Positions 12,625 through 25,739 of a stretch of DNA of 64,000 nt are shown here, piece by piece; the stretch's first letter is position 1, and the number at the start of each line of letters is the position of its first letter. The position numbers were made by a program, and so were the translations under genes. Location of the stretch: assembly GCA_030324005.1 (NCBI GenBank), contig JARDVH010000163.1, positions 100,512,035 through 100,576,034 on the forward strand, given 5' to 3'. This DNA is from Negaprion brevirostris (lineage: Eukaryota). The notes under the pieces were generated by a model that was not told where the DNA came from, ran no database searches, and saw only the letters and a list, made by a program, of their open reading frames with translations.

Positions 12625-14219
12625 AAGTCTCTTTTATTCTGACACCTCTGACATTCATTGCCAGTATTTGCTTGTCCAGCTCAATAAAGTATGTAAAGTT
12701 GGCAGGTGCTTTGTCTTTTTCCTTTCCCTTATGTTGTGCACTATCCATGTGAAGTGTAGGTATTGGGGCTTCTGTTTGTGCAAATATTAAATATTGNNNN
12801 NNNNNNNNNNNNNNNNNNNNNNNNNNNNNNNNNNNNNNNNNNNNNNNNNNNNNNNNNNNNNNNNNNNNNNNNNNNNNNNNNNNNNNNNNNNNNNNNTAAA
12901 AGCAAATAGAATTAAGTGGGTTGAATGAAAAGCATTTGTGAGAATTGAGTGATGAGAGAAGATGCTGATTCTGCAAAGGCAACCACATGAATCAAGAATG
13001 TTGCCAACAAAAGGTAGACATATATGTAATGAGATAATTTTCCCCTGTAAGGAAAACAGAAAATTCTACTTTTAATTTCCATCATTCATAGTACTTGGCA
13101 TTTTTGTTTTCCCTGAGATGAAGGGGAGGAAATTATTGGGCGCTGGAGGAAGAGAAAAGGGTTGTTGCCGTGTGATGTTACAAAGGATGGAGAAATGAGC
13201 TACACTCACTCCAGTTCCCTTGTGAGCTCTTTGAAATGCATCCTGTACTACATCCAAATCCAGGTGGTCATATTCTTGCGGCTAACAATCGCATGCCTGG
13301 TAGTTTGTGTTTTGAGATCCTCCTCCCTCTGACTGGAAAGAGACTTTGTGCTTCATCCTGATCTGTTCCAATTGGATCTCCAGGAAAGCTTCAGAGAGCC
13401 TCATGCTTGAACCCGGTTTCGTCCTGCACCACTGCAATGTGTAATTTTCCAGAAGTAAATGCAACTTTCTTTAAGAAGTACATTCGTCTTTAAATAGATT
13501 TCTGGCTTATGCAACAGTAATTGAAGTTTGAGAGTAGGCAGATTTCCCATTGTGTCAGAGAATCAGACGTGAAACCACCTGTGAAATTGTAATGTAACCC
13601 AGGAGTTAACATACTCCAGGCCTGTTATCTATCACACAGCGAGTGAGTTTCAAATTCACCCCATTTCTAACCCATCCAAAGCCCACTGGAGTTAAAATCA
13701 GAGTCACTGTGATGGCTTGACAGAATTATGGCTAGAAGCTAGAAATTAACAGTTCTGTCCTCACACATGCTTTTCATTCAACAACTCATCTTAATTCTAT
13801 TTGCCTCTAGTCACATAAAATGTCTGCACAACAAGCAGAAACTTGTTGAAAAAATTAATGAATCTCAACATTCATTAACAAAACCTTTCCTTTTCTGAAA
13901 CTACTTCGGTAAGTAGAAGTGTTGTATGGTAAGTCTTTGGGTCTCAGGTTATTGAAAAGTTCTCAACTGTTGTGGAGTTGAAGAAAGCAGATAATGTAGT
14001 GAATAATAAAGAAATATCATGAAAATATAGTTTTGCATGACAGACTAACTCAAAATTTTGGACAACAACAAACCCAGTGTTACTTTGTTTTGCTGGTTGT
14101 TAATTAGCACTTTCAAATTGGCATATAAATCATCATGTATACTCTGAAATATTGCACACATTGTGTCTGCAAAGAATATGTGTACACATGGTGCCTGTTT
14201 CAGCTAAACAAAGTGAGTG

Positions 14220-14454
14220 AAAACCATTTGCTGGCTTATTCTACAGGGCAATGCCATGACCAATCAGAATCAAGCTACCTGGTTTAAATTTCAAGCAATG
14301 CTTGGTAGTTAACTGTCATTCTCCATCAGCTAGTACATTCTCCATAGCAACTGCTCCACCAGCATCTACTTGCTAACCAATCAGTAGCCTGTTCTCATAT
14401 TGTATAAAGTTGTTGTTCCCCCAAAATTTGTATTCTTGTAATTGCTCTAATGAA
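14220..14454 (+). mobile_element. Penelope-type terminal repeat remnant, split at its 3' end by a SINE
   Basis: Two ccaatcag boxes, ccatagcaac, tataaag; similar to 7960-8210; appears to resume at about 14773. Confidence 0.55.
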
Positions 14455-14770
14455 TCATAGAATCCTACAATGCAGAAGAAGCCATTCGGCCTATCGAGCC
14501 TGCACTAACAACAATCCCACTCAGGCCCTATCGTTGTAACTCCATGTATTTACCCTGCTTGGCCCCCTGATACTAAGGGGCAATTTAGCATGGCCAATCA
14601 ACCTAACTCTCACATCTATGGACTGGGAGGAAACCAGAGCACCTGGAGGAAACCCAGGCAGACATGGGGCGTATATGCAAACTCCACACACACAGTGACC
14701 TGAGGCTGGAATTGAACCTAGGTCCCCAGTGCTGTGAGGCAACAGTGCTAACCAGTGTGCCACTGTACTG
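14455..14770 (-). mobile_element. V-SINE (HE1-like), full length
   Basis: Reverse complement gives cagtggcacactggttagcactgttgcctcacagcactggggacctaggttcaattcc, the V domain and a tail. Confidence 0.92.
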
Positions 14771-16199
14771 TCCATGAGCAAGACAAAACAGAATGTCTTT
14801 TTTCATGTTACGAAATGACTAATTGAAAAATGTTGTTTTGGCCCACAAAAATACATTCTTCTTCCTTTATTAACAACTGGTTCTTTTTACTTTGATTCCG
14901 TGTCACACTTTGCTAACATTTCTCAATAGATGCAGCATTTCTTGCACAATATGTCAAACAATTAAATAATACAAGAAAGACAAAGAACTGCTAAGACTGG
15001 AAGCTTGTAATAAAAATAAAAACCAAAAATTTGATTTCAAAATGACGGTGAAGCTAACAACTCTCCACATCAAATGCAAATGCCACTGCAACTTCAGGAA
15101 AGGACCGATACATAATTGAACCCAAAATCAAAATGATGCTATCAAAAATGTGCTCCTCTGCTGTTCATTTCATGAGAAAGGATGTCTCTCCATTCAAATG
15201 CATTAAATGGCTTAACATTCATGTGTTTGCACTATAGAAATGAAATAATGTCTCCACATTTCAAGCCAAAGGACCCTTTTAACAATGACATGTCTCTCTG
15301 GCACAGAAAATAAAGTATTACAAGAGATTTTTGCAAATATGAAATTCATTGTCTCTTTTAGATCTCTCTCATAATCCAATCTTTTGTTGCACTCCTTTTG
15401 TACCTTGACATTGAATTTATCATTCTAACTTTCTTCCTGGTCCTTGCATCATTAATTTCGCAATCCTTCAATCTGATGATATGTTGAGATGATAGACAAT
15501 CCGGGATTTTTATTTCAATGCAAGTGCTGGAAAGGAGGCTTGTAAACACCTAACTCCATCCTTTGAGCCAACGTGCCAGTTCCCTGGTACCAAAGTAAAT
15601 ACAAAGTTTAAAAGGCTCTAGGAGAGTGGGAAGAGAACATGCTCAAAATGTATAAATGGCTAGATATGGTGGCTCATTAAAAGCTAATTTGAAATTTTCT
15701 TATTAAATCATAGCATTCAGAGAATTTGAAACTCAACAAGGAGNNNNNNNNNNNNNNNNNNNNNNNNNNNNNNNNNNNNNNNNNNNNNNNNNNNNNNNNN
15801 NNNNNNNNNNNNNNNNNNNNNNNNNNNNNNNNNNNNNNNNNNNAGGAGAAGGCAGTTACATAGCAGTATGTGAGTCTGAAGGGTGGGAGAACTGTAAAAG
15901 GCATCAATTTGTAGGGAAGACTCAAAACAGGCTGTCATTCATAGGCAAGCAGTTGCACAGCATCAGGAGAAATGTCTGTAATATGTCTAATAGGGCATTT
16001 TGGGGGAGGTGACTTTAAGGTTTGGTGGCTCTTTCTGAATACAGGCTTCACGGATTCATGAAAAGGGTTCAAGAAGTCTCCACATTCCAGTTGAAGGGAA
16101 GGATATAACTGGAAATGGATTAAGCTACTCCCAAGACACAATCAACTAGCAATGAGCAGCAGGAGCAAAGGCAGACTGCTGGACATCAGGAATGAAAAA

Positions 16200-17040
16200 T
16201 GAGAAACAGTAAAGCAACAAAGATAGCAACATAGTATTTAATGCCAAAAGAAAAGCTACCTGCATACGTCAGAGTGTCAGTGCCACAGAAGGCTGCACTT
16301 GTCCAGGCAGATGATTGCTGACTTATGTGCTATCACTGGGAGTAATCCAGGAGCTTTCAATAAGGCCTTCCCATGGCTATAAAAGTCACAGTGGCTTTAA
16401 ACTTTTTTGCAACTGGTTCATTCCAAGGAGCAGCAGCAGGTATTGGTGGCATCTCACAGGCAACAACATGTCATTGCATTAAGGAGGTGACAGATGCTCT
16501 GTTTGAGAAGGCATGATATTGCATGGAAATCAGGTGTGTAGTGGCACTCAGGCTCGAAGGGCAGTGGGATTTGCCTTCTTTGCCGGATTCCCCCAGATGG
16601 AGGAGATCATTGATTGTCCCTGTGTGGCCACCAAGACATTGACGATCAGCCAGAAAGATCCCTCAACGGGAAAGGATTCCACTCCCTAAACATTCAGCAA
16701 GAACGCAACTGTAGCACGTGTATTATGCAGATGTGTGCACACTACTCTGGAAATTGCCATAGTACCTTTATCCTCAGGCAATGGCAGATGTCACAGCTCT
16801 TTATCAGAAAACATTGGAGGGCTATTACTGGATAAGGCTTCTCCCTTGAAGGCTGGTTGATGACACTGGAATGTAGCCCTGCCATGGAGGCTGAGAGATA
16901 TTACAATCGATGCTACTTGAGCACAGGAGTCATTGTTAAGCAGGTTATCAGCCTCATGAACATGAAGTGTAGGTGCTTTGACTGGTGAGGAAGCACCCTC
17001 CAATTTACTCCCTCAGTGGTCTGCTGCAGTCTCCTGAAAG
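16200..17040 (+). mobile_element. PIF/Harbinger transposase (HARBI1-like DDE) pseudogene
   Basis: Frames read IKVTVALNFFATGSFQGAAAGIGGISQATTCHCIKEVTDALF, FAGFPQMEEIIDC, NGKGFHSLNIQ and CAHYSGNCHSTFILRQ, with stops and frameshifts. Confidence 0.88.
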
Positions 17041-17291
17041 GTGTGGACCTTGAAGAGAGAGAAGCACTGAAATAGCACAGCTCGTCACAGGAGAAAAACT
17101 AAGAGGAAATAACTGAAGCAGAACTGGAGAACGTTCCAAATGCTTTGTTATAGTGAGCTCAGGAGTCAGAATGCTAATCAAAATGGCGGGGATGCAAGGG
17201 CCACTCTGACCCACATACATTTCATCTGAGTGATACCAGTCAGTAAGACATTTGGAGATGTGAGGCTAATTCATCTAACTGCGAGAATGTC

Positions 17292-17476
17292 AGGCAGATA
17301 CAGGAGATTGTGGTACTGATTTAAAAGGTCAGCAATAGACACTGCTGTGATTAGTTTGCTTCAATAAAGGAGGAGCTGAGCAGAGACCAGTGGTTAGGGA
17401 GGAACCTGTGCCAGGGCAGTCTCAGGTGTTGTTGGTGGAGTTGACATCATGGAGAAATATTATTTTCCCTGCCATC
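17292..17476 (+). repeat. Inverted copy (185 bp) of 19616-19800
   Basis: Direct comparison gives roughly 90% identity by eye; ORFs 17390 (+) and 19490-19741 (-) share VREEPVP.Q.QV.LVELTSWRNIIFPAI. Confidence 0.95.
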
Positions 17477-17683
17477 AGAGTGCCACACGTTCTCACACAC
17501 GGCAAGGCTCCAGAGTATGTTCGTGATACATGCTTCCCTAACGCTTTGCTAACACTTATTTTTCATTCTCCTGCCTTTCAACANNNNNNNNNNNNNNNNN
17601 NNNNNNNNNNNNNNNNNNNNNNNNNNNNNNNNNNNNNNNNNNNNNNNNNNNNNNNNNNNNNNNNNNNNNNNNNNNNNNNNNNN

Positions 17684-18050
17684 CCTCTCTCAATTTACAC
17701 CCGTTCAAGTAATAATCTGCCTTCCTATTATTGCTACCAAAGTGGATAACCTCACGTTTATCCTCATTAATCTGCCAGGCAGATGCCCACACACTTGGCC
17801 TGTCCAAATCATGCTGAAGCATCTCTGCATCTCCTTCACAGCTCACCCTCCCACCCAACTTTGAATCATCTGATAATTTGGAGATAATCTATTTCGTTCC
17901 CTCGTCGAAATTATTAATAGATAATGTGAACAGTTGGGATCCTAGCACAGATCCTTACAGGACGCCACCAGTCGCTGGCTGCCAATCAGAAAAAGACCCA
18001 TTTATGCCAACTCCTTGCTTTCTATTTGCTAACCAGCTTTCCATTGAGAG
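17684..18050 (-). mobile_element. CR1 LINE RT fragment
   Basis: Minus strand reads WLANRKQGVGINGSFSDWQPATGGV and GGRVSCEGDAEMLQHDLDR..VWASAWQ....K.EVIHFG..NRKADYYLNG. Confidence 0.92.
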
Positions 18051-18154
18051 GGCTGGAATTGGAGACCACAGACACACAATTAAATGTAGAAGCTTAAAAA
18101 CGGAAATGTCTTTATGTGAAATTGAGAGGTTCTGGAATTCACATTCAATGTTAG

Positions 18155-18370
18155 CGATTTGATTTATTATTGTCACATGTATTGATATGCAGTGAAAAAT
18201 ATGGTTTCTTGCGCAATGTTTAGACAAAGCATACCATACATAGAGGAGGAGTAGAGAGGGTGTAGAATGTAATGTTACAGCCACATCTAGGGTGTCGAGG
18301 AAAGATCGATTTGATGTAAGATGAGTCCATTTCAACCGTCTATGGCAGCAGGGAAGAGGCTGGTTGAAGC
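18155..18370 (-). mobile_element. Rex1/Babar-like LINE 3' end
   Basis: gatttgatttattattgtcacatgtatt is the reverse complement of the tail at 58860-58885. Confidence 0.7.
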
Positions 18371-18740
18371 AAGAAAGCATCAAGGTTTATGATTGAATTA
18401 CACAGATGACCCAAGAAAGGAGGAACAAAGGGCTATAGGAACAGGTCAGATACGTATGATTATAACTATTTACCTGTGTCAGCTCTTTAATGAATTATCC
18501 AATTTGTCCCAACTTTCACCACACTCTGCAAAATTTTCCCGTTCATGTATGTGCCTCTTCCTCCCAACAGGAATAAGAAATAAACTCCTTTTTTTAAATA
18601 ATGGAGGTCTGATGGCAAATTAAGCTAGCATACTGCCTTCTCATTTCAGGAACCTGGGTTGAAATCCAACTTGGATTGACAAGTTGGAAGGTTATTGCAT
18701 AATGGTCTGACATCATTACAGAAACACATAAGTGACCTAT

Positions 18741-19058
18741 GGGTAGCACGGTGGCATAGTGGTTAGCACAGCTGTCTCACAGTGCCAGGTACTTGGCTTT
18801 GATTCCCAACTTGGGTCACTGTCACATTCTCCCTGTGTCTGCATGGGTTTCCTTCAGGGGTGCTTCGGTTTCCTCCCACAGTCCAAAGATGTACGGGTTA
18901 GGTGCACTGGTTATGCTAAATTGACTCTTATTGTCAGGGGGGACTAGTTAGGGTAAATGTGTGGGGTTATGGGGATAGGACCTGGGTGGGACTGTGATCA
19001 ATGCAGACTCAATGAGCCGAATGGCCTCCTTCTGCACTGTAGGATTCTATGATTCTCT
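18741..19058 (+). mobile_element. V-SINE (HE1-like), full length
   Basis: gcacggtggcatagtggttagcac head, V domain, tail ggattctatgattct. Confidence 0.92.
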
Positions 19059-19399
19059 ATGACCCACAAATTGATATCACTGCTTAGTCAGTCCTATGAG
19101 TTGCTCGCTCTGTAGCTTAGAATGAGGTGACAGCAGACTTCTTACCAGTGCCTGAATAAGGTGAAGATGCCGGTGACAGTTGATTTTGATATAGAAGTGC
19201 TGTGTGATTGGAGGATGTGAATGGATCACCACCAAAGGCTGCTGCACTACACCATTGCAGGAGCAGCCTCTGTAAAAGGATATTTCTTCCATCACAGGGG
19301 ACTTGGACATAGATGGTGATGATCTCTGAGCCCCATGAGGTATGTCTTCCTAATCACCATCATCAATACTGCTGTGGTCCTGTGATCAGGAGAATTCTG

Positions 19400-19950
19400 T
19401 ATACCCACACGGTTCCCTTCTCCCTTGTGTTCTGGTGACGTCTGATCAGGGAAACTGCCATCTCGATCTGTCTTTGGACTTTGCCAGACCTAAGCAGGTA
19501 ATTGAAATATTTTCTGCACTGGAAACATTTTGTTCCTCACGAATCCTCTGCTGCTGACCACATGAACCACCTCCAGCCATACCTCCTTAGTCTGCCTTGC
19601 AGATCTTCTCACACCGATGGCAGGGAAAATAATATTTCTCCATGATGTCAACTCCACCAGGAACACCTGAGTCTGCTCTGGCACCGGTTCCTCCCTAACC
19701 ACTGGTGTCTGCTCAGCTCCTCCTTTTTTGAAACAAACCAATCACAGCAGTGACTATTGCTGATCTTTTAAATCAGTCCCTCAGTCTCCTGTATCTGCCT
19801 CCCTTGCAAACCCATCTTTACCAATTGGATGATGAACGTGACTCTGGGCCAATTAAATGATTTTTCAATTCAAATTGCCACCACGGTATGGGGTTAGGAC
19901 CTCAAATGAGCGTGACAAGAGGGTCCTGACCCTAGAATTAAAATCTCACC
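19400..19950 (-). mobile_element. Harbinger Myb/SANT-like ORF remnant and element end
   Basis: ORF 19490-19741 reads QVFLVELTSWRNIIFP....RRSARQTKEVWLEVVHVVSS, resembling the Myb/SANT-like partner protein of Harbinger elements; convergent with the transposase at 16200-17040. Confidence 0.7.
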
Positions 19951-20714
19951 CACGTTTGCTTACCATGTTCACTCAGATTTCAGATATCCTGTAGAGAGAG
20001 CACCTTTTCTGCTTCACGTGCAGTGAAAAATATGAATTACATTAAATGAGCAAGTTAAATAAAAGCACGAAAGGTTTATTGCCCTGCCTCAGTAAAATGT
20101 TTAGTCAATATCTATTTCCGATGCTTCTCCTTAGCTTTATGCTATACCTGAAGTTGTGCACCTTGTTTCATCCAGCCTTTCAAATGATAGAAATTGAGGC
20201 TGCAATTCAGTTGGGCTTACAAACAGTATGGACTGTGGCCTGGAGACCTAAGGCTGGACAGATAATAGGCCTCTGGTCTTACTCAAATAATTAGCCAAAC
20301 TGCCCACCATGTCTTTACAGTACTTCACCTGTTTAGAAGAGGGATTTCAGGCCACTTGCTTTACTGACAACAGCTAACAGGTGTTGTGGGAGTGAGAGGG
20401 GACAGTGAAAGTGGAGCTCACTCCACAGAGCTAGAAAAAGAAAACATACCTTTTTGATGGTGGCCAGTTCCTAGGCCGCATCCACATCAGTACTAATGAA
20501 TGAAACAGACCTAACTCTTGGTCTGCTCAGGACAAGCCATTTTTGGGGTCATAAAACAACCATTAGATCTTTAGTCAACTTATGCAAGATGACTGTTGTA
20601 GAAAGCTGCCTTCGAGACCTGACTATCATTCAAGCCAAAATAACTGTGGATATATTTGTAAATTCCTGGGGTGCAGAGCATTTTCCTGCCAAGTGAATAA
20701 TTTTTCTCCTTGTG

Positions 20715-21491
20715 TGGGATTTTATGCACCCCCACTGGCAGGTTTGAAAGTGAGGGGACTTGTAAAATAAAGCAGGTAGCTTCCCTATCATTTATTCGGC
20801 CAACCTGAATGGAGTATTATAGAGGTGGTGGAGACGTCTGGTAGACTATTCACCCGTGTGCCATTAGCAACCCACAAGTGACCACCTAAAGCTCTCATCC
20901 CACCCCCACTGCAAGTTTACTCATGGTTGGGGAGATTAATTCCAATTGGGTATCCCAGTAGCTTTGGCTTCATGGGCAGGCATTAAGCAAGTGCTGGGGG
21001 TGGTGGGACGTCCTTCGAGAATCTCCTATACTCGTTGGAGGTACACCCCACCCAGGGTCAAGATCACAGTCGTTCATGCACCAACTCCCCCTCAATATCC
21101 ACTTTGTACTCAAACTGCCAGCCTCTCAAACCCGACCCCCTCCTTCATTGGGACTTGCCAGCCTGACCCCAGCAAAATTACCCCCATCCCCAACAACTTA
21201 TCTTGATGTCCATTTGCAGCGATGATCTCCATCGGGGACAGTCTGTAGTCCCCAGCAGTGACTATTGCTCCCATCTAACAACGCTGGGACTTCAAAGTAG
21301 CTGACCATTTGATTGGCCAGCAGCTCTCTGAGACAGGACTTTCCGTGTCTTAGGGGTGGAAATCCCACCTCCAGACAATTAATGGCTTGGCTGATAAATA
21401 AAAGCAGAGCAGCTATTCTTCCCGTGGGTAGCCATCTCCTCGTATTTTTTGCTGGAGGAGCGAGGGCCATGGTGTCCCATAAAATCCAGCA
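20715..21491. mobile_element. Non-autonomous DNA transposon (MITE, Harbinger-type)
   Basis: GC-richer block bounded by the inverted termini ggattttatg (about 20717) and cataaaatcc (about 21478). Confidence 0.65.
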
Positions 21492-23349
21492 CCTCATTTT
21501 CCATCTGGGACATGGTTGTAATGATGGCTAATTATTTCCATGTTCTCTATGAGACATTGCTAAGCTTCTGCTGTTATTGCACGAGCTGTCCTTTCCTATC
21601 AAAATGCGTTGCCTGTTTAATTGCTGTGCGCCTTTATATTTGAGAGTCTTAATAGTGCAGCCGAATTCTTCCCTGTTTTTATGTTCTNNNNNNNNNNNNN
21701 NNNNNNNNNNNNNNNNNNNNNNNNNNNNNNTCAAACTTTTAGGCAACTATAATGGTTAACTGGATTTGTGCTTGATTATTTATGTTGGGACTGGCTGTTA
21801 CTTTTTAATTGCTTTTTTAAAAATTATATTCCTGTAAGCAGTATATTTGAAAGCTGTGTGCTATTGTATTATTTTCTGGGAACAGAAATATTTTCCCTTT
21901 TTGTAGTGAAATGACCCAGTTTGCAAAAAAATCTGTTATTTAATAAGAGTCCTCTACTGCATTGCAAGCCTCCAGCTGTTGACCAAAATTTCTGTATTAT
22001 AACAAGGTTGACTTGACTTTGAAGTCATGATATATTTAAAATTATATTCTTACACTTCAAACAATTAGCATATCATTTAATAGCATGCTTTAATGTTTGT
22101 ATATAATAAAATACATTCAAGTCTGAATTGCTGTGTTAGCCTCAATTAGACAATTATTAACTCTGAGCACTTAATGCCTTTCTGAGCTTTAAAATAATTT
22201 GTTAAGTGCATGTTAAATGCATTGCTGATCTTTCTTTAGCTTTGAAATGCAGTTTTTAAGCAATACCTCCAAATATTTCTATCACTATGTAAAATAATTT
22301 GACATTACATTCCTTGCCTATTGAAAGCATTTTATCCAGTACTCTCAAAAGACCTCAGTTTAAGAAGCATTACCACATGCAATTGTTTTTACATTTTTGC
22401 TACAATTTAAAGTATATGAAATGTTCATGCCTGCACAGCTGTAGAACTTTCCTTTAGCAACTGTCATCTTAACCCTTATCCTGCCAAAAATAAGAGCTCT
22501 GTACTGTTAGCAACAACAGAAGATGTGACTAGTACTTTCAGGGTTTTAATTAGTTTTGATAATTAAACTTTTTAACTGGGTTCTGTTTTTCAAAAGGCAG
22601 GAACTGTGTGCTAAAATGAGTCCCCATGCTGAGTGGATACAAACCAGATGCCCATTGTCTGTTTGGGTCTATGTGCATTCTTGATCTAATGAATAGCAGG
22701 AAATTGGGAAAATCTGGCATAAGTCCATAGTCTTAAGATAAACTATTCCCTTCTATGAAGATATCTAATAAAAGCAGCATTGAAGCTGGAAAACTTTTTT
22801 CCTTGCAGTTTGCTTTCCTGAACTTTGTCAAATCTACTTGTATTTATTCAAAACCAGGCGACCAAGTGTTTATCAGTGAGCCAAAGAACTGGTTAATTTT
22901 TTGCGTTGTTTAAATTAATTCATGAAGAGCATAGTTTTGAGCTTGAACAGCATTGAACATGTCTATTCCAGCAGGGTGTCATTTTTGAAATCTTAGAGCC
23001 TTTGAGATTTTTTCACTTGATTCATGCATTGCAATAGCAAGTCACTTCACATTTGTAGATAGACTAGCTATTCAGTGTTTTGCTAATTGAATTGATTGTT
23101 CCTGGCAGCCTGTTTCCCTGACAGCAGAACCAACTTAGCTCTGACAGCTTTAACAACCTGACTATAGCCTTAGAGTCCCTGACCTTCTTAGGTTGTGCAA
23201 CATGTATAGGGCTATAAACCACAAAAGGCACACACGCAAGAATATAAAACTGGCTTGAATGCTGTCAGCTACTGCCAGAGGCTGGTTGCCAAGTATGTGT
23301 TTATAGTTAAGTATCCAAGCTTGCAGTTTGACAGTGATCATTTCTGTAG

Positions 23350-23598
<249 letters not shown>

Positions 23599-24797
23599 TG
23601 ACCCCACCACTTAAGTCTTGTCTGCAGTATTTTACTTGCTATAGGCCTGAAACCTAATTTGTTTAACCTGGTACAGTATGCAGTGTTAACTGCTTTGCTT
23701 AGTTTATACACGGCACTCTGATTTCTTTGTAAATTCTCTTTGTAAGTTCATGCTAATGGAATATCACTTTCCAAAAATAAGGTCTCCCTATTTAAAATAG
23801 ATTTACTACGGCCTTGATTTCCACGTCAGAATGCATGGGGAAGGCAGGGGCACAATATCCAAATTCTGTACAGCTCAGAAACAGTAGTCTCTATTACTCC
23901 CAACCATTATCTGGGGATCAATTAAATAAATGTCTAAAATATGTAGTTTACTTTAAAACAAATACAGTTTCTGAGCTTATGTGTGCTAGTTACTGTTTTC
24001 TATTTTAGTATGGTCATTTCTCCTCGGTGTTAATTAGTTAGTCAACACTTGATAGCTGATTGACGAAACAAAAAGTCCACTTTGTAGAAATAAGAGATCA
24101 TTTTGGTAGGAACAGAATAGTCTTATATCAGCTTCTAGGTCCCCATTGAATACTCATATTTTAATGGCAAACAAAACTCCAACCTTTATAACAATGAGTC
24201 TGATGACGATGAATTATCACCATTCACACTGCAAGATTTCCACAGTTCTTCCATCAAAACTAAAACAGGGAATGGCAGAAGCCCTCAAGATTATGTGCCC
24301 ATCATGATCTATTTCATAAACCTTTTAAATTTAATTTGCCATTCTGTTGAATATGGTGTTTTACAGTAATGCGTACAGTTTGCTAAATTATTCTGTGATG
24401 GATTACTGAAAGCAACGGATTGGCGTAAGAGCTACAACATGAGAAAGTATCAAGGACAAGAAAAGCTTTTTGGCTCATTGAACCAATAGAATGGCAAGAT
24501 GACTTTAAAATCTGTGTGGGGGCGTAGCATGGTTATAGAATGGAACTTCTTTTGATATAAATGCAGATTTGATGATCTCTGTAGTTTAACTGATAGTCTC
24601 ATTATCAGTCTGCATGTTGACTTTCTCTAATACTCTTGATTCTACCTGGTAAATTATTCCAAACATTTATCATTCTTTCAATAAAGGATTTTTTTTTTCA
24701 AAGATTTGTTTTAAATCTTCTTTTCATAAATTTCAATTATATTGTTTTATTTTACTGGCATAATCAAGTTAATTTTATCCACAACAACATACATTTA

Positions 24798-25650
24798 TTG
24801 TTACGACCCCTGTGGAGACTGATCACTTTAAAAGGATTTGAATTTCCAGTGACCAACTGAAAGGATCAGACGAAATTTCAAGTTTTAGGACTTTTATTGT
24901 AACTAACAAACCAAAGGTCATATCGTATTCAGTAGGCAACAATTCATAGACAACTTGTAAATTGCAGACCAGAAATTCCCCCATTTAACTTTTAATGCTA
25001 CCAAAAATTCCGTGCATAGCAAACTTCATGCATCCTTTAAGTGGACATTATTCTCCCAAAACCAGTCCAATATTATTCTTAGCTCTTGATAGCTTGCTTC
25101 ATTTCTTTTCCTTTTCACTGTTTTGGGTGCAGGACTTGCTGTCTCTGTCTCTTGCTCTCAGCTCCTCAGATTCTTGCATTCTGACTTGTATCTGTGAAGT
25201 TCAGTGATACCTTAGAAATCTTGAAACTTTCTATGGACTTTTCCCTTCCCAACATCCATCTCTATGGCAACATGTATCATATGGTCCTTATATCCAGATA
25301 GAAATGCTGATTTGCTATCTTCTAGACCCACAACTCCATTCTGTCTTAGAATTAAACGGACAGTTAAAGTATAACTGTTTATAAACGCTGACATCCTAAC
25401 ACCTTCCTGTGAGATGTAGAGATGACCAGCCTACCCACTGTCAGAATAGCTTCTCTTGTCTTTGTCTACAGGTATGAACATCTTGCACCATCTTCCCATT
25501 AAATCAATCCAAGCCCCTCCCTTGTCACCATAACAACCAAGCCACCCAGGTTTGTTGTCGGGCAGAATTTCAAGCAGGTCACATGATCCCTTTCATTTCT
25601 CCATTTTACCTTAAATTAAAGAAACAGCCCAAAACACAACAACCTTATAA
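24798..25650. repeat. Possible solo LTR
   Basis: Starts tgttacgacccc, a Gypsy-like LTR start; contains gtcacatga and catgacaac-like boxes; 3' boundary uncertain. Confidence 0.35.
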
Positions 25651-25739
25651 ACTTCTATTTACAGCATTAAATATCCCTTTCAACATCCATATGAAATCCC
25701 ATAGCTCCTGCTGAAAACAATCCAGATCCTACAAACTGA

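Noticed and set aside
16200-17040. Possible host gene HARBI1
   Set aside because: Multiple stops and frameshifts in a transposon context; a decayed element, not the domesticated gene.
24195-24215. Isolated CTGATGA matches (also near 55019 and 63173)
   Set aside because: No stem II plus GAAA arrangement; expected by chance.
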